The notes under the pieces are model-generated. The model did not search any database and had not been told where the DNA came from. It worked only from the letters and a program-made list of their open reading frames with translations. From assembly GCA_001563335.1 (NCBI GenBank), contig LRSL01000107.1, forward strand, positions 1-31,799: DNA of 31,799 nt. The letters are read 5' to 3'. Positions 19,258-28,593 of the stretch are shown one piece after another; within the stretch, counting starts at the first letter, position 1, and each line of letters opens with the position of its first letter. The position numbers and the translations under genes are program-made. This DNA is from Candidatus Thorarchaeota archaeon SMTZ1-45 (GTDB taxonomy: Archaea > Asgardarchaeota > Thorarchaeia > Thorarchaeales > Thorarchaeaceae).

Positions 19258-20177
19258 TCACCGAAGAAGAGTCTTCGAGCTCGACGTCTTCGCTCTTCTT
19301 CATCCTCATCACTCTCTGGAGGTGGGGGTGGAGGCGGTGGTTCTGTTATTTTTGGAGGTGCTTCTGTTTCATCTGTATCCTCTTCACTAATGGAAATACG
19401 TTCAAAATCATGTATTGGAACTTCGGGAGGTTCGAATATACTCTCTTTCTCAGATGGTTCTTGTGTGAACTCCAAATCAACTGGTGCTGGAAGCTCAATA
19501 TCTTCATCTTCATCACCAAATTCTGAGTCCTCCTTTTCAGGAGTCACTGCTTTTTCATAATCATCCCAAGTGAATGATGGTTTGTGGACAGTATCCTTGG
19601 ACACATCTTCCTCAATTTTTGATTCTGGAACTGAAGAAACCTCGTCACTAGCTTGAGTGCCATCTACAACTAATTCAGTAGGCTCTATTAGCTCAAAATC
19701 CGTTGAAAACTCGCGAGGTGGTCCATCTATTGAAATATCTTCAATTTTCTCCTCCTCAATATGTTCCACCTCATCAATGCTTATAGCTTCTTCTCCAGTT
19801 TCAATTGGTACACTTGAAGAATCAGGTGATAAATCCTCAGGAGTGACTTCAAACGTATCATCGGATGGCTCATCAACATGGGAAGTGTCTTGGGATAGTC
19901 TCGCCTCATAACCAGAGGGCACAGATTCAACTTCTAGTGATTCATCGGGTGATTTCTCTTCATCAGAAAATGAAAGACCCAGTTCGTCTTTCAAACATGA
20001 CTCACATCTTTTTGCCGCAGCAACTAATCCATTATGAATGAAATCATCCAATGGTTTCGCACGACCTTCATTTCTACGAGCCCATTTGATGAAACTATCA
20101 ACCATTCTTAATGCATCACGGACACCCATCCAATATTCATCTGATCTCTTCTTCTCTGAGTCCACTACTGACACCAA
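19254..20177 (-). CDS. Hypothetical protein: helical N-domain, long acidic disordered linker, polyproline and basic C-terminal peptide
   Basis: 307-aa ORF, D/E-rich, EPPPPPPPPESDEDEEERRRRARRLFFGD. Confidence 0.85.
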   Translation of the reverse strand: MVSVVDSEKKRSDEYWMGVRDALRMVDSFIKWARRNEGRAKPLDDFIHNGLVAAAKRCESCLKDELGLSFSDEEKSPDESLEVESVPSGYEARLSQDTSHVDEPSDDTFEVTPEDLSPDSSSVPIETGEEAISIDEVEHIEEEKIEDISIDGPPREFSTDFELIEPTELVVDGTQASDEVSSVPESKIEEDVSKDTVHKPSFTWDDYEKAVTPEKEDSEFGDEDEDIELPAPVDLEFTQEPSEKESIFEPPEVPIHDFERISISEEDTDETEAPPKITEPPPPPPPPESDEDEEERRRRARRLFFGD

Positions 20178-20220
20178 GCTGGAAAGATGAGGGAAGTGAA
20201 AAAAAGCTTCGTGTTACGTC

Positions 20221-20775
20221 TCATTTTTTCCTTTTCTTCTTCTTGTCCTTCTCTTTTTTCTTTGTTTCCTTTTCCTTCTTCTTTTCTTTTGCCTTGTGCT
20301 CCTTTTCTCGAAGGGCAAGAATCTCCTCTATCAAATCATCTGCGCAATGATGAATTTCGTTACGCTTGAACTCATCGAGTGAAGACTCAATTGTGACTAC
20401 ACGCGTAGGAACTTTAGTACCAAGATTTTCACGGATCTCGTTTCTGTATATAGTTTCTAATTCAGGATCGGGTTCTCTCAGAACAATGATCACAGCACTT
20501 GCACCTCTATATGTTAGAGATAGAAGAATGTCAAGTGCGGCGTGCCTTGGTGACATGAAAACTGCCCGTACTTCTGAATCATCTGTAAAGTGATCAGCTG
20601 ACACAATTCGTATTCCATCGACTTTCACAACAGGATCAAAAGTAGAAAGGACATCTTCAAGTAGTGAATCTTCTGGACCCACAACTGTTATCTTAAAGAG
20701 ATATTTTGATTTTGGCTGCTTTTTGGTTTCTGTCATCTTGTCTGTCGGAGTCATCCAATCAAACCCCCACACCAT
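20221..20775 (-). CDS. Degenerate Rab/Ras-like small-GTPase-fold protein with poly-Lys tail
   Basis: YLFKITVVG (beta1) and TYRGASAVIIV (RabF4/beta4) retained; G1, G3 and G4 motifs absent; start may be ATG 20736. Confidence 0.7.
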   Translation of the reverse strand: MVWGFDWMTPTDKMTETKKQPKSKYLFKITVVGPEDSLLEDVLSTFDPVVKVDGIRIVSADHFTDDSEVRAVFMSPRHAALDILLSLTYRGASAVIIVLREPDPELETIYRNEIRENLGTKVPTRVVTIESSLDEFKRNEIHHCADDLIEEILALREKEHKAKEKKKEKETKKKEKDKKKKRKK

Positions 20776-20936
20776 GCTAAATAATCGTGGTTGATTACTA
20801 CATTGGTGGCTAGCGGTAATTCATAGATTTCTGTTGTTGATATGTCTTATGGGCGTTTTCTGTATAGCATATTTGATGTTTTGAGCCATAGTTTAATAGG
20901 CAGTAACTAACTCGAGCTTGAAACAGACATAACATA

Positions 20937-21308
20937 GTGGTTCCAAGATTCACTGGAGAGTTGCATTTGAAATATAGAGAGGTATACCTTATCACTGTTG
21001 GATTCATCATCCTTGGTTTAGGTGTTGCTCTCTTGAATATTGGAGAAGAGAGTACTTTCTTCATTTTTCCGTTCTTTTTCACAGGACCTCTTGCTCCAGT
21101 TATGATGATATCGACACTCTTTGTTATCATGATGTGCTTTTGGTGGGTAAACAAGAATTGGGTTGAGGATGCTCGTTATGCACAAATAGACAACTCTAGA
21201 TTGGTCTACCTTCGTGTAAATGCTGTTTGTCGCTTCTGTGGGAATCCTCTTCCTGAAAATGCAGTCTATTGTTATTCATGTGGGAATTCAGTTGAGGAGC
21301 AGTTCTGA
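20937..21308 (+). CDS. Small membrane protein with C-terminal zinc ribbon
   Basis: Two hydrophobic segments; CRFCG...YCYSCG. Confidence 0.8.
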   Translation: MVPRFTGELHLKYREVYLITVGFIILGLGVALLNIGEESTFFIFPFFFTGPLAPVMMISTLFVIMMCFWWVNKNWVEDARYAQIDNSRLVYLRVNAVCRFCGNPLPENAVYCYSCGNSVEEQF

Positions 21309-21351
21309 AAAAACCAATCTATTTTGGATTAGGGAGGAATGAATTGATTCT

Positions 21352-21810
21352 ATGATAAGAAGAGTGCAATTGAATGATATCGATGACATCATGGTAATCG
21401 AACGACAGAGCTTTCCAATACCTTGGGAATATTCAATCTTTCTTAATATTTGCCTACATTGTGGAGAAAAGACATCAAGTAAATCGAAAGCACTCTTCAT
21501 GGATGTCATGGAAAAGAATGGAAGAGTAATTGGATATGCTGTATGGGAATTGGATTCTAGCAAATCTAGAGGTCACATTCTTAATTTAGCAATTCAACAA
21601 GATGAAAGAAGAAGAGGAAATGGTAGAATCTTGTTAACACATGTAATCAATCATCTTAGGTCCAATGGTATTCGCTTATGCCGTCTTGAGGTTCGAGAGA
21701 GCAATATTCCAGCTAGAGCACTTTATGAGGGATATGGATTCATCGTTTCATCAAAGATTTCAGAGTATTACTTTGATGAGGATGCTATTGTGTATACACT
21801 ATATCTGTAA
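21352..21810 (+). CDS. rimI: RimI-like GNAT N-acetyltransferase
   Basis: IERQSFPIPW, GHILNLAI..RRRGNGR.LL, LEVRESN..ARALY...GF, EYY..EDAIV. Confidence 0.88.
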   Translation: MIRRVQLNDIDDIMVIERQSFPIPWEYSIFLNICLHCGEKTSSKSKALFMDVMEKNGRVIGYAVWELDSSKSRGHILNLAIQQDERRRGNGRILLTHVINHLRSNGIRLCRLEVRESNIPARALYEGYGFIVSSKISEYYFDEDAIVYTLYL

Positions 21811-24800
21811 CTTGCTAGAGTTGCTTTGAATCAACCTTGGTCCTAGGACATCATGGAATAGCTTGACATATGCTGCGTCCTCCGATATAATGGATAGTTG
21901 ATTATCTGAACCTCTTGACCCTCCAACGAGAATCTCACGATTATCGATGATTGTGAGAAGCATTGGTGTCTTGGTCTGCCAAATACGCCATCCATCCAAT
22001 GCTTCAAGAGCTGGGTCTAAGTCTTCTGTTTCAGGGATAATGAGTACTCTTCGCTTGGGGGTCTTTATCCGAGCTAGTTTCTTTAAATCTAGGCAAGAAA
22101 TTTCGTGAACTGATATAACCACGGATTCTAGAGCTCTATTGGCCATATCACCGATATGAGTGCATGCTTCTTCAGTTCCACTAAGGTACCAAGTTCTTTT
22201 AGTTGGAACGTCTAACAGTTTTTCACTTGCAAGATGAATTGCGTTGAGTGTGTCAACTGTCTTGTTTGTCAAAGAAGTAACTCCAGTAATTGTATTATAG
22301 ACATTCTCATTTAATGTCACTAAATCCTTCTTTTGTGTATTCGACCATCTTCTGAGTGATTTATCCACCTGATCACTAAACTTTGAAAGGACATCGCTTC
22401 GTGCTTGCCGAAGTTCTGTGAGTTCCTCACTGGATCGATTTCTTGCATCAGTGACAGTTTCAGTTAGTTTAAGATTCTTGGCCGCTACATCAGATTGGAA
22501 TTTGTCGATTAATGTAGAGGATTGAGTACTAAGTTGAGTCTTCAGCTCTAATCCAATTGTTTCCAATTTTCTTGCTGCTTGTTGATTTGTGAGAATCGCG
22601 CTTTCTTGTACAGCTTTGATTGCTTCATTTCGCTTCTCTGTGGTTTGGATCGAGGATTGCTCAAGCAAGTTTCGAAATTCTTCCGATGCGGACTCGTATG
22701 TTCGCTTAAACTCAGTAAAGGAAGAGGCTAATTTTTCGGTCACCATACTATAATGCTGATTTGTTTCTTCAACAAGCCCCTCATCCACCTCTGCGATTTT
22801 CTCTGCCATAGAACTTGGCAATGAAGTGAATGCATTATTTCCTTTTGCCAGTGAAGTAGCGCAACTACCTCCAAAATCGTCAATTCTAGACCGAATTTTC
22901 GATTCTGCATCTTCGAAGAGTGTTGTCGTAATCTCAGCAAATTTCGCAATGTCAGCATCTCCACGTTCAGTAATGGATACCGAAGCTTCTTCACCGGTTT
23001 TTTGAAGGTCTCTTTGCAATAAGGTGAGTTCATTACCTAGTTTTGTGCCAAAGGTTTCTAGAGATGTCGATACATTAGCTACTGTTGAATCAACCCATAT
23101 TGATGCAGCGTCAAACGCCTGAGTGACTTCTGCCCTTCTAGCCTCAACAGCTTGAATAACTTCCTCTTTTGCAGAATTTCTACTTTTCACACCACTAGTT
23201 TCACGTTCAGATAACTCTGAATGGAATTCTTCTATTTGTTGAGTTGAAGCTTTTACACGTTTCGTAATTAGTTGATTTATCTTTTTACTTGTATCAGCCA
23301 AATAGCGTTGCTTGATATCTCTCTGTGCTGAAACAAATGAATCAGCCGCACTTTTCGCAGCGTTAGTACTCTTCTCTAATGCATCGTTTGTTACTGTCTT
23401 AACATTGCTCAACCTTTCAGTTATTGTGTCTCGTGCACCATCAATTGTAATGTTGAATTCTTGAGTTACTTGATCAAAATTCTCTGTAAATTGTTTGATG
23501 ATGCCAGTTTCCATATTTCGTAGATTGTCCTCTGTGCTAACTATTGACTGTTCGAGTTTAGCAAGGGCATTAGCCATACTTTCTGACATCTCATATCTCT
23601 TTTGCACTGCAAGTTCATCCAAAGATTGCTTGACTGAGGCTACAGAGGAAGCGACTTCATCGATTTTGAGTCCAAGCTCTGCTGAATACTCTTGTTGCAA
23701 TTTCGAAGAGTCTTCCTTGAGACTTGTCATCTCAGATTTCATTGTGTTTTTGAATTCAGTATGAGTTGATGCGATTAGATCACGAGCTTCAACAGTCTGG
23801 CTAGATAGAAGACCATTGAAGGTGGCTTCCATACTTTGAGTGAGAGTAATGAATTGGCGTGTTATGTCTTCTAGGTGAGTATGAAATTCTTCACGAATGC
23901 CCAAGGTATGTTGATCAATGCGATCGACTTGTTGCTTGATTATGACATCAATTTCAGCATCTATCTTATCAGCTTGAGATGTAATTGCAGTAACACTTTG
24001 AGTCATTCGTTTATCGAGTCGGTCTCGCAGGCCTTCATAGAGCTTCTTAGAATCAAGAACTTGTTTCTCTGTTTTTGTAGCAAAACTGTTGATCAACTCT
24101 TCCAATGTTGAACCTACACTTGATTCAAAATCATGTGTTGTCTTCTTGATGGAAGTAATCAATGCCTCATTCTTTGTAGATGTGGTCTTTATGATTGAGC
24201 TGAATGCAGATTTCAATCTACTATTCATTGCATCAGCAAGAGTATTCAACTCACTTGATTCAGTATCGAGAATATTAGAAATGTCCTCAGAAGTTGACTT
24301 CAAGTTTGACTCGATGGATTTCAGAGTACCTTGTACCCATTTGTCAAGTTCTGAGTTAAGAGTTTTTGAAGCTTCATCACATCCAGCTTGCTCAGTTTTA
24401 TTCTGTTTTTGTAAAAGATCAAGAACCAAGGCACGTGTTTCAGCAAGTGTTGTTTCAGATTCGCTTCCAAGACTTGTTGCAAAATCCTGAACCTGATCAT
24501 ATTCCTCACTGATTGATGCATTTAGTTTTTCAATATGTGAAGTGAGTGTGTTTTTCAATACTTCTATGTAATTCGAGTCTGTGGAAGCGACTTGATTGAG
24601 TTGGGAGGTCACAGACTGGGATGCCACATCCATTAAGCTAGAAACTTCTGCCTTCCAGTCGTCAATATCTCCACTAACTGACTCTACAAATTCTGCCGCT
24701 GCGAATATCTTGTTCTTCGAAAAGTCACCAAATTCAGCAGGGATTTTTTTGGTTTGATCTAAAACTTCTCGGAGAGATGCCTGACCAGTCAAGTATGTCT

Positions 24801-25704
24801 GACTAAGTTCACCTTCAAGATGAGCAAGGAGTTGAGTGAGATCTTCTGACACTGAATTGAGAATCTCGACACCATGATCCGAAGCAGAGGAGGTCATCGA
24901 GGTCAGTGCCTTTGTCATTCCTTGAGTGATGTTTTGCAGTGCACTAGAAGATGTTTCTAGCGCTTTATTAACTGCATTACGTGCAACTTCAATGAGAGCT
25001 TGTGCTCTTGTTTCAAACTCAGCAATAGAGGTCAGTGTTGTTTTCCTTTCGACTTTTAACCATTTGTCAAATTCACGGGAAATACGCTTGACATCTTTTT
25101 CCAGCTGAACCTGACTCTTGTCGATTTCACCCTGTAGTTCTGTAAGTTTAGCACCCAATCTGTTGTCTAATGATGTGTCAAGTTTGTTCATGATATCTTC
25201 AACTTCTTCAGAAACAGACCCCATAACTGCACTAGCAGTAGTTTTTACCTGATCAATACGGCCACTGACAAGCTCTAACATATCATCTTCGTATTTCGTG
25301 AGAGATTTTCTGATCGTTTCCAATGATTTAGCTTGGGAGCTGAGAACCTTCTCTATATTATCATCAATCTCTTCAGACTTGGAGGTAAAGGTCTTCTCAG
25401 ATAATTCAATCAGTTTCCTTATCTCATTCAGGCTTGTCGATAGCTCTTCTGATAGTGCTAGATTTGGTGGTACTGAACGATATACTGGTACTATACCATC
25501 AATTTCCTTTATCAGACCCTTCTTCACAAGTCGTTTTAGTGCTTTCTCAACTGTGGATAGGTTCTCACCGGACATAATAGAAACCCCACCCGCAGTCATG
25601 TTTCCACCAAGGTATACTGGGAGTATAGTCTTGGACTCAACATCTGTGATGTCAAGATTCTTTTTCAAAACGGATACTACTTCCGTAACTGCTTTATCAC
25701 TCAT
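21799..25704 (-). CDS. Giant (1301 aa) protein: TrmB-like winged HTH, about 1100-aa amphipathic helical insert, TrmB effector/PLD-like C-domain
   Basis: N-term MTAGGVSIMSG..LSTVEKALKRLVKKGLIKEIDGIVPVYRSVPP; Pro-poor helical middle; C-term RALESVVIS...LLTIIDNREILVGG. Confidence 0.85.
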   Translation of the reverse strand: MSDKAVTEVVSVLKKNLDITDVESKTILPVYLGGNMTAGGVSIMSGENLSTVEKALKRLVKKGLIKEIDGIVPVYRSVPPNLALSEELSTSLNEIRKLIELSEKTFTSKSEEIDDNIEKVLSSQAKSLETIRKSLTKYEDDMLELVSGRIDQVKTTASAVMGSVSEEVEDIMNKLDTSLDNRLGAKLTELQGEIDKSQVQLEKDVKRISREFDKWLKVERKTTLTSIAEFETRAQALIEVARNAVNKALETSSSALQNITQGMTKALTSMTSSASDHGVEILNSVSEDLTQLLAHLEGELSQTYLTGQASLREVLDQTKKIPAEFGDFSKNKIFAAAEFVESVSGDIDDWKAEVSSLMDVASQSVTSQLNQVASTDSNYIEVLKNTLTSHIEKLNASISEEYDQVQDFATSLGSESETTLAETRALVLDLLQKQNKTEQAGCDEASKTLNSELDKWVQGTLKSIESNLKSTSEDISNILDTESSELNTLADAMNSRLKSAFSSIIKTTSTKNEALITSIKKTTHDFESSVGSTLEELINSFATKTEKQVLDSKKLYEGLRDRLDKRMTQSVTAITSQADKIDAEIDVIIKQQVDRIDQHTLGIREEFHTHLEDITRQFITLTQSMEATFNGLLSSQTVEARDLIASTHTEFKNTMKSEMTSLKEDSSKLQQEYSAELGLKIDEVASSVASVKQSLDELAVQKRYEMSESMANALAKLEQSIVSTEDNLRNMETGIIKQFTENFDQVTQEFNITIDGARDTITERLSNVKTVTNDALEKSTNAAKSAADSFVSAQRDIKQRYLADTSKKINQLITKRVKASTQQIEEFHSELSERETSGVKSRNSAKEEVIQAVEARRAEVTQAFDAASIWVDSTVANVSTSLETFGTKLGNELTLLQRDLQKTGEEASVSITERGDADIAKFAEITTTLFEDAESKIRSRIDDFGGSCATSLAKGNNAFTSLPSSMAEKIAEVDEGLVEETNQHYSMVTEKLASSFTEFKRTYESASEEFRNLLEQSSIQTTEKRNEAIKAVQESAILTNQQAARKLETIGLELKTQLSTQSSTLIDKFQSDVAAKNLKLTETVTDARNRSSEELTELRQARSDVLSKFSDQVDKSLRRWSNTQKKDLVTLNENVYNTITGVTSLTNKTVDTLNAIHLASEKLLDVPTKRTWYLSGTEEACTHIGDMANRALESVVISVHEISCLDLKKLARIKTPKRRVLIIPETEDLDPALEALDGWRIWQTKTPMLLTIIDNREILVGGSRGSDNQLSIISEDAAYVKLFHDVLGPRLIQSNSSKLQI

Positions 25705-25759
25705 TTAGGCATCCCACCACTGACGAGATTCGCCAGACCTCAATATGGCAAATGTCAGT

Positions 25760-26617
25760 CTACTCTTGCTTCTCAAACTTTGATACACGTATGAATAGGT
25801 CTCTCAATTGACCAACCTCAAGAGATGAAGAATCATCTCCAGCAATTACCTCTGCATGGATTTTGACTAAATCTTCAATCTCGGATGTATAGACTGCATC
25901 AAAGCCTTTTAGAGACCCTGCTTTCAATTGACTCTTTACGCTGCTTAAGCTATGTCCCTCAATTTCAATAGAGAGGAGCCACCAGTTTATAGTCAGGTCA
26001 GTAACAATAGTTTTCAAACCATAATAGTTGGAGAATATCTGGCAATAGAGATTGAAAACCTCAAAATTCTCTAATCGATCATTTCGTGGATTGAGTGTGA
26101 CAATGCCTCTCGCAAAATCGAAGTGGAATATCAGACTATCCCCTTTGACTATCAGAACATTCTCTTCATGTGCTGACGAGAAGCCTTTCCATTCTTTCTT
26201 AAATTTGGTTGTGAAGTGACGAATAGAACTCACACCAAGTGTTGAAAGCAAATCCTTGATGGGAATTCGTCTATCAGTCATTTCCCGTCCTTTCTTGTCG
26301 AGAATGAACCGTCGAATCTGCTCAAGGTGTTGGCTATAACAAAACGCTGGGAGGTCTTGTGGATTGACACCTATCTCAATAAGTGCATTGAGAAAATTCC
26401 TATTCATGCATGCTGGTCTCACAGTGCAACCAAGTCTATCCTCTTGACATACTGTGCACTTCTTCTCATGTAACTCAATTAGTTCAAACGCCAATTGATT
26501 GTCAGCCGGAGTGTCAAGAAGCTCCATCCTTGAGGCAAGCTCTTGTTTATGTTTCTTGAGGTTCATAATCGTCAAATCCACTGGAAGGTTATTTCTGAAA
26601 GAGATGGACCAATCCAA
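25760..26617 (-). CDS. Hypothetical protein with N-terminal His/Cys cluster
   Basis: HEKKCTVCQEDRLGCTVRPAC...FCY; start uncertain (TTG 26617 or a downstream ATG). Confidence 0.8.
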   Translation of the reverse strand: MDWSISFRNNLPVDLTIMNLKKHKQELASRMELLDTPADNQLAFELIELHEKKCTVCQEDRLGCTVRPACMNRNFLNALIEIGVNPQDLPAFCYSQHLEQIRRFILDKKGREMTDRRIPIKDLLSTLGVSSIRHFTTKFKKEWKGFSSAHEENVLIVKGDSLIFHFDFARGIVTLNPRNDRLENFEVFNLYCQIFSNYYGLKTIVTDLTINWWLLSIEIEGHSLSSVKSQLKAGSLKGFDAVYTSEIEDLVKIHAEVIAGDDSSSLEVGQLRDLFIRVSKFEKQE

Positions 26618-26729
26618 CTCTATGGTAATAACTGAATCACTGAAAGTGAGTCATGTTGCGCATTGTGGTTTGACAGAGATAAACCTTGTTTTATCAAACC
26701 ATATTGATCGCACCAAAAATCAACAGAAT

Positions 26730-27623
26730 TCAATTATTATTAGCCATTTCTTTGAGTTTACTCTTCCATGATTTTATTTCTCGACTTAGACTCGCGATAT
26801 CATTCTCATTCAAAGTAGCAGTGGGGGGATAAGACTTCAGTTCACGAGCACGTTTTCCAAATTGAAAAAGGACTGGAGTATGTCCCTTAATCATTGTAGT
26901 AAGATTATCACGTACTTCTTCAAGTGCCTCTGCCATTTCTGTTGCTTCAGTCTGCGGCACAACTAAACTCATCAAGTTGTCCATTAATGCGTCTATTGTT
27001 GAAGGTAGACTAGTCTTATCTGGAGGCTTAACCTTGGGTTTCTCCTCAATTTCTTCCTCCCTAGAGGGTTTCTTATCGGGTTTCGAAGGTTCAGCAGATT
27101 TTGCATCTTGAGCTTGAATGAAGTCAGAGAGCAAATCGACAGCTTCTGTGACTTTATCGATTGCTAGATTATATTTCCGCTCAATATCATCCAGCTGGCG
27201 TACAATTATGCCTACTATCTCCTTGGTTTCCTCAAACTGTCCAGCGAGATCTTGAACCTTATCCTCCATTGTTGACAGACCAGCAATGTAATTCTGAAGA
27301 TCCTCGAGTTTCTTTGGTATTGCATCACTATCAGCTAAGGACACCAAAATATCGTCTAACTTCTTTATTATGACTGTAGATTCTTTTGAATCCACAACTT
27401 CTTTGACCGCTGAGTCAATGTCTGTGACTGATTTTGCTATGTCATCAAGTTTCTTTGAATCAATTCCCTTCAGAGACTTAGTCAAATCATCTATTTTCTT
27501 ATCCATATCCGGCAAAGAATTGAACTCTTTTAGCTCCGCATGTAGAGTAGCCAGTTCATCAGACAGCTTGTCTACTTTCTCTTGGATTTCCTCAATAACT
27601 GCATCTATCTTCTCTGTGACCAT
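26730..27623 (-). CDS. Coiled-coil protein with P/K/E linker and C-terminal helical domain
   Basis: Heptad-like pattern over about the first 170 aa; AEPSKPDKKPSREEE linker. Confidence 0.85.
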   Translation of the reverse strand: MVTEKIDAVIEEIQEKVDKLSDELATLHAELKEFNSLPDMDKKIDDLTKSLKGIDSKKLDDIAKSVTDIDSAVKEVVDSKESTVIIKKLDDILVSLADSDAIPKKLEDLQNYIAGLSTMEDKVQDLAGQFEETKEIVGIIVRQLDDIERKYNLAIDKVTEAVDLLSDFIQAQDAKSAEPSKPDKKPSREEEIEEKPKVKPPDKTSLPSTIDALMDNLMSLVVPQTEATEMAEALEEVRDNLTTMIKGHTPVLFQFGKRARELKSYPPTATLNENDIASLSREIKSWKSKLKEMANNN

Positions 27624-27749
27624 AGCATCCCCTACTGAGGTGGCGATAATATCCGTTCTGTGTCAGGAAGCGTAATTAGCCTTTCGGGAATGTAGTCCCT
27701 GCATTTAGAATGACATATTTCTGTGAAGATAGCAGTTCCTAGCACAGAA

Positions 27750-28583
27750 TTATGCATTCTTGGCGCGAATTATAGCGATATTTGCATCTTCAAGCATTGG
27801 AAGGATATGTGCTTTATTCTCAGCATTCATACCTTTCCAGTCTATGATAGCAGATACAATCGGGTTAGTTGAACGAGAAAGCATCTGATCCAAAACATCA
27901 ACTGTCAGGTCATTAATTGCATATTTAGGAGCCATATGGCCTATCTTGTAGTTGCGGTCAAGTACAAGCTTGTTGAATTTACTGGCATAGTGAGTGCCAC
28001 CAAAACCTATCACGGCATCGCCAGAGAGTGGTTCATGAACGCAAGCCATAACCGCAGCAGCTACAGCTCTGGCACCACCCTGATGAGTCCAATGTTTTTC
28101 TGAGCTTCCAAGTTCCACAAACACAAGAGGTGTCTTCATTGATGTAGGACCATGGTGTGTCACTTCGAGAGAAACATCGAATTCGTCCAATCCGGTTTTA
28201 TTTCGTTCTTCATATAATCTCTTGAGAGCAGCAGAAACAAGTGAAGGAGCTGAAACAGAAAGCTGATGTGGCTCACCACCAAAGAGAGCTTCAGAACCAA
28301 GATTCCCAGTACTATGAACTAGTAAGGCGGGCTTTTCTGATTCAGCACGATGTCTTGAGCAAAATATGAAGACCTCCGTTTCAAAATAAGATTCAAGATG
28401 ATCACAATGAATCATGTTCCTGGTTGTTGTTATTAGTTGGACATCATCGCCTATTGAAAAAATAGGATTTCCTTCAAAATCTTCATCAGATTGAGTAAAG
28501 TCATATTCATCAATAAGAATGCCTTTTATTGTGATGCTAGCTATATCCTGCTCTGAAGTGACTAAGACCCTCAAGACCTCCAT
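27750..28583 (-). CDS. dtdA: D-aminoacyl-tRNA deacylase (archaeal DTD2/GEK1 family)
   Basis: DIAS, SRHRAES, LLVHSTGN, EVTHHGP, FVELGS...W, GFGGTHY, GHMAPKY, IDWKG. Confidence 0.95.
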   Translation of the reverse strand: MEVLRVLVTSEQDIASITIKGILIDEYDFTQSDEDFEGNPIFSIGDDVQLITTTRNMIHCDHLESYFETEVFIFCSRHRAESEKPALLVHSTGNLGSEALFGGEPHQLSVSAPSLVSAALKRLYEERNKTGLDEFDVSLEVTHHGPTSMKTPLVFVELGSSEKHWTHQGGARAVAAAVMACVHEPLSGDAVIGFGGTHYASKFNKLVLDRNYKIGHMAPKYAINDLTVDVLDQMLSRSTNPIVSAIIDWKGMNAENKAHILPMLEDANIAIIRAKNA

Positions 28584-28593
28584 CCCCAGCTCA

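Noticed and set aside
21764-21772. Second AGTATTACT palindrome
   Set aside because: Inside the rimI coding sequence (EYY codons), so probably chance
2702-27675. Numerous other short ORFs in the track overlapping longer genes
   Set aside because: Antisense or alternative-frame shadows of genes with clear motifs
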